64,000 bases of DNA from a virus, in IMG/VR virus record IMGVR_UViG_3300005096_000005, positions 32,001 to 96,000 of that record; one strand, written 5' to 3'. The first letter of the stretch is position 1. Each line of letters opens with the position of its first letter. The notes beneath the pieces were generated by a model that worked only from the letters and a program-made list of their open reading frames with translations, had not been told where the DNA came from and searched no databases. This document shows positions 1 to 9,288 of the stretch, one piece after another. Both the position numbers and the translations under genes were made by a program.

Positions 1-642
1 CCAACGACTGCAACAGTTGCAGAGATGAAGGATATTATATCGTCAGCATATCTGGAAGGCTGCAAAGGTCTTACAGTGTATCGCATGGGCTCCAGACCGG
101 AGCAGGTTATCCAGCTTCCGAATGGACAGCTTGCACTCCCAGAGGACCTCTGGGTCAAACCTCTGCGAAGACCGAAGGAAACAATCGGCAAGACAAGGAA
201 GTTCAAAGTCGGACAGTGTGGCGTACTATACGTTACTGTCAACAGAGACCCTAAAACAAGTGAGATTGTAGAGATATTCGCTCAACCATCATCCGAAGAT
301 GGTGGTTGCCAGAGCACGATAAACGCTCTGAACAAGATGACAAGTCTTATGCTCAGATGCAAAGTAAAGCCTGAATATGTTGCCAAGAAGCTTCGTGTCC
401 AGGCATGTCATGCATGCGGTACAGGAACAGGAGCTGATGCAAGGAGTTGCCCTGATGCTATGTATCGTATGCTTATCCAGGAATTGGGTGCAGAAAACGA
501 GGGCTATAGACTGACAGCACAAAGACCGTACTCAGCACCGCCGCCGGAGTGTCCCGCATGTGGTAAAGGAGTTCTTTCCATTCGCAAGGGAGTGACATGC
601 AGGAAGTGCAATGTCTGCGGTTATGAAACATGTGGCGGATAA
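1..642 (+). CDS. nrdJ: Class II (B12-dependent) ribonucleotide reductase, C-terminal part with TSCPD domain and Zn ribbon (5'-truncated by window)
   Basis: Frame is open from base 1 (PTTATVAEM...). It has CKGLTVYRMGSR (RNR C-terminal motif), a RRP..G.T.K...CG.LYVTVN..EIF..GGC...SCPDA TSCPD domain and a terminal CxxC..CxxC. Confidence 0.9.
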   Translation, partial: PTTATVAEMKDIISSAYLEGCKGLTVYRMGSRPEQVIQLPNGQLALPEDLWVKPLRRPKETIGKTRKFKVGQCGVLYVTVNRDPKTSEIVEIFAQPSSEDGGCQSTINALNKMTSLMLRCKVKPEYVAKKLRVQACHACGTGTGADARSCPDAMYRMLIQELGAENEGYRLTAQRPYSAPPPECPACGKGVLSIRKGVTCRKCNVCGYETCGG

Positions 643-668
643 CTATATAGTAATGGAGGTGAGTAAAA

Positions 669-941
669 ATGCCAGCAATCCTTGCAATTATGCCAGCACT
701 GGCTGTGCTCTTATGGATTGGAATCGAGATGCCAAAAAAGTGGCGTCGCAAGTTCTTCAAGTTTCCAGTATTCGTGAGTAGCAGTGCGTTTGCTCTTACT
801 ATAGGTGCAATTGGAAGAGGTGTTCTTGGTCCGATGACCGGGTTCATCGCAGAACTGATCCTGTTTCCGGGACTGTGGTTTATCAGGAAGTGTACTGTCG
901 CAGGAGAAAAAAGGGAGGCCAAGCGTGTTAAACAAAGATGA
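669..941 (+). CDS. Small membrane protein (2-3 hydrophobic segments, basic C-tail)
   Basis: GGAGGT RBS upstream; hydrophobic stretches; KREAKRVKQR tail. Confidence 0.7.
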   Translation: MPAILAIMPALAVLLWIGIEMPKKWRRKFFKFPVFVSSSAFALTIGAIGRGVLGPMTGFIAELILFPGLWFIRKCTVAGEKREAKRVKQR

Positions 942-1416
942 GCAGGTACAGAAGAATGTATGGCCCAAGGACAAAGATGACGTAGGCCCTCCCTGTATGC
1001 AATGCGGTAACGACCACACCGTGTTGTATACTCATCCGGATGGACTACAGGAGTATCTCTGTCCAAAGTGTGAACGTCCCAAAGAGACGATACCACCCAT
1101 ATCTATAGAAACAACCGAAGACGAGGAGGTAACAGCTGATGCCGCTGGGCGAAGGAATGAGCAAGGAAGAATGGGAGGACAAGATGTGCAAGTTCTTCCA
1201 CAGACTGCTGAGGGGATGCCCTCTCCAGGTGGATCCGATGAGAGTGGGAGTCCGAATCAAGTATCTCATGGAGGACACGACGTACGCGGAGTGGGAGACT
1301 CAGGCAGTCAATCAGGAATTCGACAAGCAGATAGAACAGTTCCTGAAGATAGGACTGCCCCCGGAGGACCCGAAGGAACGCCGGAAATGGGAAGCGGACA
1401 GACGGAAGAAGCGTGA
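925..1416 (+). CDS. Zn-ribbon protein with acidic/disordered tail overlapping the next gene
   Basis: GGAGG 6 nt before the GTG; CMQC...CPKC motif. Confidence 0.55.
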   Translation: MLNKDEQVQKNVWPKDKDDVGPPCMQCGNDHTVLYTHPDGLQEYLCPKCERPKETIPPISIETTEDEEVTADAAGRRNEQGRMGGQDVQVLPQTAEGMPSPGGSDESGSPNQVSHGGHDVRGVGDSGSQSGIRQADRTVPEDRTAPGGPEGTPEMGSGQTEEA

Positions 1417-1858
1417 CCGGTGGGAAGCTGCAATGCGGAGCGGTTCCGGCGCGAAGTGTCCAGCTTGCGGAGGTTGGGATACTGTCCGTATCGAGCCAAA
1501 GGACCTGCCCAAGAACAAGCTGACCACATTCCTGTCCACATATAAAGACTATCTGGTCTGTAAGGACTGTGGAACCAGGACGATGTACGACTCAGAAGAG
1601 CTGGAGTTCGTTCATAATACGGAGATCATATTCCTTGCAGATATACTGTCCAGACCGTTCAGCCATAACGGAAAGATCTTCCGGATGCGTCATCCGGATG
1701 TTTACGTCGTGAAGGTCCAGGGTCAGCATGACCAGTGGAAGCAGGAAGAAGTACGACGTATGATCCAAGTGATGTTTACAGAGGAGATTGTTCCATTATG
1801 GACAACAGCGAGCGAACATTCATTCCTGGAGAAACTGAAGGAGCTGAGCACAAGGTAA
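1139..1858 (+). CDS. Hypothetical protein with central Zn ribbon
   Basis: GAGGAGGT RBS; CPAC...CKDC motif. Confidence 0.75.
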   Translation: MPLGEGMSKEEWEDKMCKFFHRLLRGCPLQVDPMRVGVRIKYLMEDTTYAEWETQAVNQEFDKQIEQFLKIGLPPEDPKERRKWEADRRKKRDRWEAAMRSGSGAKCPACGGWDTVRIEPKDLPKNKLTTFLSTYKDYLVCKDCGTRTMYDSEELEFVHNTEIIFLADILSRPFSHNGKIFRMRHPDVYVVKVQGQHDQWKQEEVRRMIQVMFTEEIVPLWTTASEHSFLEKLKELSTR

Positions 1859-2745
1859 TCCCCGCTACCCAGTTCCTGGAAGAGGCAGAACGCATCGACC
1901 GGGACTGGGGGTTTCGAAAGCCTGATAACCTGGAAGTTATCTCTACAGGAATCCCGAGTCTTGATGAACAGCTTAGAATTGGCGGCATCCCTCGTGGGTA
2001 TATTACGGAAATAGTTGGCGGGCCAGCCGCAGGCAAGAGCGTGCTGACATGGCACATCATCACAGAAGCATGTAAGGCAGATGTCGGATGGGATGGTTGT
2101 GCTCTTATCATGGACACAGATAGATCCCTTGCTGTCAAGTACATGGAGGCCATTGGTGTCTCTTTCGATAAGACCACCATTGTTAGAGCCAAAAGTATTA
2201 CGCAGGTTCATGAAGTCCTTAATATAGCAGTATCCAATGGGATCGACCTGGTGATTCTGGACTCTCTGGCGGCATTGCCTGAGGCCAGTAAATTTGCACC
2301 GTGGGACCTGGCCACTATTCTTGACATTACACATCAATCAGAAACAGCTGTTGTCATAACGAACCAATATCGGACATATAATGGAAGACAACGCCCCATG
2401 TATGAAGAATACCTTGAGATCATTGCTCCGATATCCATTGACATTAAGATGAGAGAATCGATCCTGAGGAATGGAGATGTTATCGGACACGAGGCAGATC
2501 TATGCGTCACAAGAAACAGGTTTGCATTCTCTTCGCCACAGATAAAGTGCCGACTAATATATGGTGAGGGAATTGATCTTGTAGATTCATGGATAGACAC
2601 CCAGCTTCACGCGGGAACGATTATACAGCGTGGAGGCGGGTGGTATGAGTGTAATAACAGACAGTTTCATGGCCGCGCAGCCCTGCGTGATGCAATAATA
2701 AGAGCAAGTATGGATAGAGGTGACTCCAATTATACATCTACATAA
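1798..2745 (+). CDS. recA: RecA-like protein, divergent (DNA-binding loops degenerate)
   Basis: ISTGIPSLD..LRIGGIPRGYITEIVG, Walker A GPAAGKS, Walker B VILDSLAAL, TNQ, and C-terminal YGEGID/GGWY. The start is placed at ATG 1798 after GAGGAG. Confidence 0.85.
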   Translation: MDNSERTFIPGETEGAEHKVIPATQFLEEAERIDRDWGFRKPDNLEVISTGIPSLDEQLRIGGIPRGYITEIVGGPAAGKSVLTWHIITEACKADVGWDGCALIMDTDRSLAVKYMEAIGVSFDKTTIVRAKSITQVHEVLNIAVSNGIDLVILDSLAALPEASKFAPWDLATILDITHQSETAVVITNQYRTYNGRQRPMYEEYLEIIAPISIDIKMRESILRNGDVIGHEADLCVTRNRFAFSSPQIKCRLIYGEGIDLVDSWIDTQLHAGTIIQRGGGWYECNNRQFHGRAALRDAIIRASMDRGDSNYTST

Positions 2746-5700
2746 CCACAGCGTTTACTCTGCAAACGATGCTCTCTGTACGCCTGGAGAGCTGGTAAAG
2801 AAAGCAGTAGAGCTCAAGATGCCGGCAGTTGCACTAACTGAGCACGGTACCATGTTCAGTATCCCTGAACTGGTAAATGAATGCAAAAAGGTCAATAAAG
2901 CTGCTCAAGAAGCAGGTAGCCCACCAGTCATCAGACCTATCATTGGTCTGGAAGCATACCTGACAACGTCTCCGATCCTTCGTATAATGGGAAAAGAGAA
3001 GCCAAACGTCAAACAGGATAGTGGCCATATAACGCTCCTCGCTATGAATGAGGAAGGGTACGCCAATCTGGTCCGTCTGGCAACCCTTGGGTTTAAAGAC
3101 AATGTATACAATACCCGTCCCAGAATAGATATATACGACCTTGCACGGCACAGTGAAGGTGTGCTGTGCATGACGGGGTGTATGTACAGCTGGCTGAACA
3201 TCTGGATCACAAGGCACTTCTGGATGCTCAGAGATACTATGGACATGACCCAGCCCGAGTGGCAACTTATCGATCAGTTCAGTCCATTCTACAACATGGA
3301 CGCTGATGTATGGGAAGATCGGTTCGGCAATAAGTATACCGACCAATACCTGCAGACAGTGCTTCGTAACTTCAGAGTCTTGAAAGCAATATTCGGGGAC
3401 AATCTGTACATAGAACTGCAGTATCATGGATTCTTCGCTCAGCGTCTGCAGTCACAGTTCTGGCTTGAGAGTTTCCCGACAGAGAAGTTCGTGGCCACTA
3501 ATGATGTTCACTATATCGAACAGCGAGACTGGGATGCCTGGGACTTCCTTACGAGGATCCGGTGGAGAGGTCTGGATAGAACATATTACAACGAGCCGAT
3601 GGGAAGCAACACCACCGACTCTATTAAAGGGAACGCCTACTTCAAAACCAGAGAAGAGATGGCTGCCGGAGGGTTCGGCAATGAAGCATTAGACATGACA
3701 TACGAGATCATGGACAAATGCCAGTTCGACCTCAAACAGGACAGAAGTCTGTTTCCGTCAGTTGATATGAAAACAAAGGCAGAAATGGACACGGCCGGTG
3801 GCGCTATCGAGTATCTGCGCAGTCTTTGCAAGCAATCTCCAAACTATAAACCGGAGTACGACAAACGAATTGAGTTTGAGCTGGATGTTATCGGAGAGAT
3901 GGGCTATCCAGAATACTTCGTCATTGTCCGTAATCTGGTAAGTTTCGCAGTATCTATTGGCGCCACTCCCGGGCCAGGACGTGGAAGTGTGGGTGGCAGC
4001 ATTGTCGCATATCTGCTTGGAATCCACAATGCCAATCCAATAGAAGCAGGTCTGAAGTTCTTCAGATTCCTGAACAAAGAAAGAATCTCGATGCCAGATA
4101 TTGACCTGGACTTTCCGAAGGAGAAGCGTCAGGCGATCATCCAATATCTTATTGATACATATGGCACAGACCGCGTGTGCAATATTGGGACCGCCAGCAG
4201 AAACCAGGCCAAGGGCTGTATACAGGACTTCGGCCGTATTGCCGGAATCGACAAGCCTCGTATCGATGCGTTCAATGCGACTCTTGATGATGGGATGACA
4301 TTTGCCATTATGAAGGATGAGGGCGACAAAAAGATATCCCAGCTCAAAAGTCTGCTCGAGGAGAGTACAGATCTTCCTGAAAGCTATACTGCAGACGACA
4401 GACTTCGTCTCCTGGAAACAGCAGAAGGATCTATCAGGAGTTACGGAAAGCATGCCAGTGGCATTGTGGTATGCAGTCGACCATTAGATGGAGTCCTTCC
4501 ACTGTTCAGAAACAAGCTTGATGATCCACTTTGCACTCAGTATGACATGAATGCACTGGACGATCTTGGCTTCTGCAAGATTGATGTCCTGGGACTGAAA
4601 CAGATGGATGTCCTGAATGAATGTTTCCAACGGCTTGGTATCGATAGGAACCAGGTCGATATGAATGATCAGGACGCCCTTGATCTTATCAACGAAGCAA
4701 ACACGATCGGACTGTTCCAGCTTGGTACCCCCAGCTTTATCAAGATCATCAAGGCAGGTTTCCGCTGTCACAATATAATGGACATAACTGCTCTGAATGC
4801 TCTCAACCGGCCAGGCCCCAAAGACTACAAGGATGAACGGGGCATGACAATGATAGATCATTATGTCCAGAGGCAAACAGGAAACGAAGATGTAGAGTTC
4901 CTTCATCCAGCACTCAGGCCAATTCTTGGCGACACGTTCGGAGTTATGATATATCAAGAACAGATTATGATGATAGCCCGACAGATTGCCGGTTACAGGA
5001 TCGGAGAAGCGGATGATCTCAGAAAGTTCTGTGGCAAGAAACTTACGGAGAACATGACGCCAGAGCAGAAAGAAGAAGTCACAGCCCCAAAGAGAAACAA
5101 GTTTGTTCAGGGGTGTATGAGTAACGCGATTCCTCAGCAGGTAGCTGAGACCTTATGGAAACAGATCGAAACTTTCGGTAGATATGGGTTCAACAAGAGC
5201 CATAGTTACTTCTATGCAATGCTGGCAATGTGGGGAGCATGGCTCAAGGCTCATTACCCTACAACATTCCTTGGAGCCTGCCTCAAGTACGAGGACAAAG
5301 AAGAGAACCGGATCAAGCTTATCGATGATATCCGGAAACATTCAAGGGGTCTGGAACTTGCCAATCCCCACATCAATATCTCGAGCACTTATGTGGAATG
5401 GGATGAGGACGCCAAGCGGATATACCTCGGCCTGTCTGATGTTAAACAGGTGGCAACAGGAGTCGCGGAAGCTCTCGTGTCTGAACGTATGCTGAACGGT
5501 CCATTCGTCAGCTTACCGGAAATGGTGTCCCGCTTGAATACCTACTGTACTGAACGGGGAGAACACATGCCGGATAAGGGAAGCATGGCCAGACTGGCAC
5601 TGGTAGGCGCGTTCAACGACCTGGTGCCCGGACCTGAAGAAGGTCGCAGTGAGTATGCCTGCAGCCTATTGACAAGTGAACGGCTCCCAGAGAAGTTCCA

Positions 5701-6364
5701 GCTTGATGTATCTAAGCGTTCAACCAGAAAGACAAAGAAGCCGACAGTATACATAGAGAACTTCGTCGATAGACACGAAAGCGCATGGGTCAGGCTTATG
5801 GATCTCGGCATAAACATCAATAGGGAGGGTCTGCTGGCTGCAGTCCGCGCCAACAAGAACAGAAAAGCACAGGCTGATCTGTTCGAGATAGCAAAGACAT
5901 GGGATCCAGTAGCGGTTCTTGACGATCCGGATGGACAGGCTCTCTTCGCATCGACAGAACAACAGCTTTTTGGCTATGATCCTACAAGAAGGTCAGTGGA
6001 GAACTTCGACGTCCCAGCCAAGTGGCGGCAGATCTCTATGCCTATTGAGCAGGCAGTCCTGGAGGTAGTATCAGGATGGAGCAGGAAAGATTGTATAGTG
6101 ACGATTGGGATTGTTGGTCATAAGATTGACATGAGAGAAACCAGCCGCGGCACGCCGATGCTTGAGTTCTATCTCGAGAACTCAGTAGCCGAGACCAGAT
6201 GTGCGTTCTACGGAGACACAGAAAAGCGTGCCAGACTTGCAAAGATCATCGCTCCAGGCGAGATCGTGGCTGTTAAAGGATGGCCGCGCCCAACTTACTT
6301 TGCTATAGAGTCCATTAAGAAAGCGATAAACATATCGCGAAAAGTCAAAGCTATGGAGGCATAA
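2720..6364 (+). CDS. dnaE: DNA polymerase III alpha subunit (C family)
   Basis: PHP motifs HLHNHS, TEHG and TNDVHY; GPGRGS; MPDIDLDF; KHASG; KIDVLGL; YQEQIM; YGFNKSH; C-terminal OB fold. Confidence 0.97.
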   Translation: MTPIIHLHNHSVYSANDALCTPGELVKKAVELKMPAVALTEHGTMFSIPELVNECKKVNKAAQEAGSPPVIRPIIGLEAYLTTSPILRIMGKEKPNVKQDSGHITLLAMNEEGYANLVRLATLGFKDNVYNTRPRIDIYDLARHSEGVLCMTGCMYSWLNIWITRHFWMLRDTMDMTQPEWQLIDQFSPFYNMDADVWEDRFGNKYTDQYLQTVLRNFRVLKAIFGDNLYIELQYHGFFAQRLQSQFWLESFPTEKFVATNDVHYIEQRDWDAWDFLTRIRWRGLDRTYYNEPMGSNTTDSIKGNAYFKTREEMAAGGFGNEALDMTYEIMDKCQFDLKQDRSLFPSVDMKTKAEMDTAGGAIEYLRSLCKQSPNYKPEYDKRIEFELDVIGEMGYPEYFVIVRNLVSFAVSIGATPGPGRGSVGGSIVAYLLGIHNANPIEAGLKFFRFLNKERISMPDIDLDFPKEKRQAIIQYLIDTYGTDRVCNIGTASRNQAKGCIQDFGRIAGIDKPRIDAFNATLDDGMTFAIMKDEGDKKISQLKSLLEESTDLPESYTADDRLRLLETAEGSIRSYGKHASGIVVCSRPLDGVLPLFRNKLDDPLCTQYDMNALDDLGFCKIDVLGLKQMDVLNECFQRLGIDRNQVDMNDQDALDLINEANTIGLFQLGTPSFIKIIKAGFRCHNIMDITALNALNRPGPKDYKDERGMTMIDHYVQRQTGNEDVEFLHPALRPILGDTFGVMIYQEQIMMIARQIAGYRIGEADDLRKFCGKKLTENMTPEQKEEVTAPKRNKFVQGCMSNAIPQQVAETLWKQIETFGRYGFNKSHSYFYAMLAMWGAWLKAHYPTTFLGACLKYEDKEENRIKLIDDIRKHSRGLELANPHINISSTYVEWDEDAKRIYLGLSDVKQVATGVAEALVSERMLNGPFVSLPEMVSRLNTYCTERGEHMPDKGSMARLALVGAFNDLVPGPEEGRSEYACSLLTSERLPEKFQLDVSKRSTRKTKKPTVYIENFVDRHESAWVRLMDLGININREGLLAAVRANKNRKAQADLFEIAKTWDPVAVLDDPDGQALFASTEQQLFGYDPTRRSVENFDVPAKWRQISMPIEQAVLEVVSGWSRKDCIVTIGIVGHKIDMRETSRGTPMLEFYLENSVAETRCAFYGDTEKRARLAKIIAPGEIVAVKGWPRPTYFAIESIKKAINISRKVKAMEA

Positions 6365-6365
6365 T

Positions 6366-6722
6366 ATGATTGATGTCAGATCGATCAACAAAGCACTACA
6401 GGGTACATCAAACCCTGAAGAAGTACTCGCTCTAACCAGGAAGACGATCCTGTTAGTGGGTCGCTCATTCCACCCAACAGACCCCGTTAACCCGATAGAG
6501 CGTGCTGTGTATAACACAGTAGCGAAAGACAGGTTCGACGACCTTATCAAGGAGCTGGAAGCTTGTGAAGCGCTCTGTGAGATCTTCAAGGCCAACCCGG
6601 ACAGGACGTCAATCGAAACTGTCGGCGACGAGTATGAATTCCTTCCCAAAGAAACGATCTCAAAGCTCGTACAGTTGGTAGCTGACACTGTCAAAGGGAT
6701 CCGTGCAGCATATCGGATCTGA
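6366..6722 (+). CDS. Hypothetical helical protein
   Basis: ORF fills the gap directly after dnaE in the operon. Confidence 0.7.
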   Translation: MIDVRSINKALQGTSNPEEVLALTRKTILLVGRSFHPTDPVNPIERAVYNTVAKDRFDDLIKELEACEALCEIFKANPDRTSIETVGDEYEFLPKETISKLVQLVADTVKGIRAAYRI

Positions 6723-6730
6723 GGTGACCT

Positions 6731-7243
6731 ATGGCAAAAACACCACTCGTTTTATGTGAAGGAGCGTCTCCCGCACAGGCCCTAAAGCGTGAAGAGGAAT
6801 GGTACAGAGACATTGTAAAACCTCTTGCGGATCGATGGGAGCCCAAGATGTGCGCCATCAAGGTACCAGAAAAGCCGACACAGGCAGACCGGCAAAGAGC
6901 AGCATTCCAAATGGACCTTGTGTATGGAGACGTTGTTATTGAACTCCGGAAGGCCAAAGCAGTTATAGGCAAACTGGAAGAAGGCATCAAGTACAGAAAG
7001 GCTTATCACAAGAGGAGTGCTCGTGGTAAGACTGCAACGGAAAAGGATGGCGAAGCTATGCTGGAAGTAGCAAAGGAGGAACTTCCAGATGCGTTATTCG
7101 CAGCACAGGCAAAGTACAACTACGTCAGAGGCGTGGAAAACAGACTGTTATGGAAAAGGGACATGCTCAGGCTGGGTGACGAAAGACTTTCATTCGGTCG
7201 TCGGACTCCTTCTCCTGCTACTCCTGACCACTTTCGCAAGTAA
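6731..7243 (+). CDS. Coiled-coil protein, possibly UvsY-like recombination mediator
   Basis: GAGGTG RBS; long helices flanking a KTATEKDGEA turn; lies near recA. The family call is weak. Confidence 0.5.
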   Translation: MAKTPLVLCEGASPAQALKREEEWYRDIVKPLADRWEPKMCAIKVPEKPTQADRQRAAFQMDLVYGDVVIELRKAKAVIGKLEEGIKYRKAYHKRSARGKTATEKDGEAMLEVAKEELPDALFAAQAKYNYVRGVENRLLWKRDMLRLGDERLSFGRRTPSPATPDHFRK

Positions 7244-8831
7244 TTGTGGTGGAGGAGGTAGCTCTAACGCGATTGCCTCGCAAGTACAGCAAGAAGAACA
7301 GACGGCAATCACAGCAGCACCCGCAGGGAGGATAGCACATGACACCGTCGCCGGATACGATTATGCCGAAGGACAGTATATGGTCAAAGCCAAAGAAGCC
7401 GACCTGGCAGGATTGTCCATTATTGGACGAAACACAGTCCTCGGCATGTTTCAAGTTCAAGCCGATAATGCCAGTGTGTTCTCCAACAGAAACGTCGAGT
7501 TCGCAGAGCCGAACATCATACGGCAGCGAGTCACAAATTATAGCGAGCCCTTCGAAGGAACTGAGGCGCGCCTATACATCGATACTCCGGTACTATCCCG
7601 GATTGCTATCATCGATACTGCTGTCAAAAGCACGCCGGACACAGCAGACATCAAGTCGGTTTCGTTCATTGGAATCCCGGATACAGAAGAGCATGGAACA
7701 CATGTCGCCGGAATTATCACAGCAGACTCCAACGACTACGGCATCACGGGGTCGGTTCCAAACGTTCGAGCGATCAATCTTGTGGTATGTAACACATACG
7801 GGTGTCCTATATCCGCGGTCAGCGCGGCAATCACTTATGCCGCTCACAATGGATTCGATGTCGTTAATCTTAGCCTGGGAGGGTGGGGAAGTACTCAGTC
7901 CGAACGAGCTGCTATTGACTACGCTACCGCCCATGGAGTTCTCATCGTGGCTGCAGCAGGGAACGACGGAGCAAACGCTTCAGGGTTCTATCCATGCGCT
8001 TACACCGAAGTCGTCTGTGTTGGTGCCGTTGATTATCTCGGTCAACGAGCTAGTTTCTCTAACTACGGACCTGCCGTTGATCTTTACGCTCCCGGGGTTA
8101 ACATCGTATCTCTTGGAACCGAAACGTCAACAGTCGCAATGTCCGGAACCTCAATGGCAGCCCCATTCGTCACTGCAGCAGCAGCTCTCTGCAGAGATCG
8201 TGAGGAAACACTTGACAATGCCAGGACAAGATTGCTATCATCATACAGCTCAGCCTCGGGGCTCAGGGTCATTGACTTTAGCAAAATCGATGGAATCTCA
8301 GAAGCAGATCCACCGGACACAATAATATCGAGCGCGTATGGTGAATCATCATACGTCTATATCGGAGAGTCAATTGGGATTTGGATTAACTACAGGGCGA
8401 CACCGGATACGGCATCTATCGAGATCCCATGTGGAAGCGTCTCAGTTAGTGTCTGGCCAAACAGATTTATATGGGATACCACAGGATGTACAGCAGGAAT
8501 CGCAAGCCTCACGGCGGTTGCGTCCTCAAGTAGTACAACCCACCGTTACCCATTCACCGTTGAAGTCAGAAACAAGGAAGGCATGCCAGACCCACCGTCC
8601 GAAGTAACATTCACTGTTCATGGAACTGTCGCAAGAGACGGTTTGCTGGCAGCAGGAGTTCACATACAGGTAATCGTAAACAGCTCAGTCCTATATACAG
8701 CTACCAGTTTGTCTGATGGCTCGTTTAGTGTCAGTGTCTCTAACTTTCCAATAGGAACGCCCATCCTGGTTGGCGCTGTAAGTAGTGATGGAGAAGGATA
8801 TACCACGAGTTTTGAGGTTGAAGATGAGTAA
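7089..8831 (+). CDS. S8 (subtilisin) serine protease, probable lipoprotein, with C-terminal Ig-like domains
   Basis: IAIIDT (Asp), HGTHVAG (His), AAAGND (oxyanion Asn) and GTSMAAP (Ser). Signal is GLLLLLLLTTFASN-CGGGGSS. Start is ATG 7089 (AGGAGG RBS) or GTG 7176. Confidence 0.92.
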   Translation: MRYSQHRQSTTTSEAWKTDCYGKGTCSGWVTKDFHSVVGLLLLLLLTTFASNCGGGGSSNAIASQVQQEEQTAITAAPAGRIAHDTVAGYDYAEGQYMVKAKEADLAGLSIIGRNTVLGMFQVQADNASVFSNRNVEFAEPNIIRQRVTNYSEPFEGTEARLYIDTPVLSRIAIIDTAVKSTPDTADIKSVSFIGIPDTEEHGTHVAGIITADSNDYGITGSVPNVRAINLVVCNTYGCPISAVSAAITYAAHNGFDVVNLSLGGWGSTQSERAAIDYATAHGVLIVAAAGNDGANASGFYPCAYTEVVCVGAVDYLGQRASFSNYGPAVDLYAPGVNIVSLGTETSTVAMSGTSMAAPFVTAAAALCRDREETLDNARTRLLSSYSSASGLRVIDFSKIDGISEADPPDTIISSAYGESSYVYIGESIGIWINYRATPDTASIEIPCGSVSVSVWPNRFIWDTTGCTAGIASLTAVASSSSTTHRYPFTVEVRNKEGMPDPPSEVTFTVHGTVARDGLLAAGVHIQVIVNSSVLYTATSLSDGSFSVSVSNFPIGTPILVGAVSSDGEGYTTSFEVEDE

Positions 8832-9288
8832 AAAGGATCTGGGACTTGAGCATCTGGTAGAAAGCGATATAGAAGGCCGATATCAGCCTGGCAGTGGATG
8901 TTTATGGTTCGCAAAAGGAGACGTCAGGAACGACACATTCCTTGTTGAGTGCAAAGCATCAAATAGTGGAGTTATCCGGGTTAAGATTGACTGGATACAT
9001 ACAATCAGAAGATACGCGAAGAGGGAGAACAGGGATTGGGTATTAGCGATCGCGCCAACCCGTACGTATACTGATAGATACTGTGTGGTAGTAGAAGAGA
9101 ATGCTATGGATGACACACAGCCATTACCAGTATCCTGGAGAGATAGCAATACGAAAAGCTTCACGGTAACCAGTCAAACGATGCCGGAATTACATACACC
9201 AGAGAAAGTCCGTGACCTGGTACCAACACTGATTGTCATGGACAGAGAGGACTTTATCGTGTGGAACAATGTACGAACAAAGAGTTAA
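8824..9288 (+). CDS. PD-(D/E)xK nuclease, Hjc-type Holliday junction resolvase-like
   Basis: E...PGSG....KGDV....LVECK pattern; ATG 8824 overlaps the preceding stop region. Confidence 0.75.
   Translation: MSKKDLGLEHLVESDIEGRYQPGSGCLWFAKGDVRNDTFLVECKASNSGVIRVKIDWIHTIRRYAKRENRDWVLAIAPTRTYTDRYCVVVEENAMDDTQPLPVSWRDSNTKSFTVTSQTMPELHTPEKVRDLVPTLIVMDREDFIVWNNVRTKS

Noticed and set aside
7339-8325. 328-aa alternative-frame ORF within the subtilisin gene
   Set aside because: S/T/L/P-rich with no motifs and no clear RBS; consistent with a codon-bias shadow frame.
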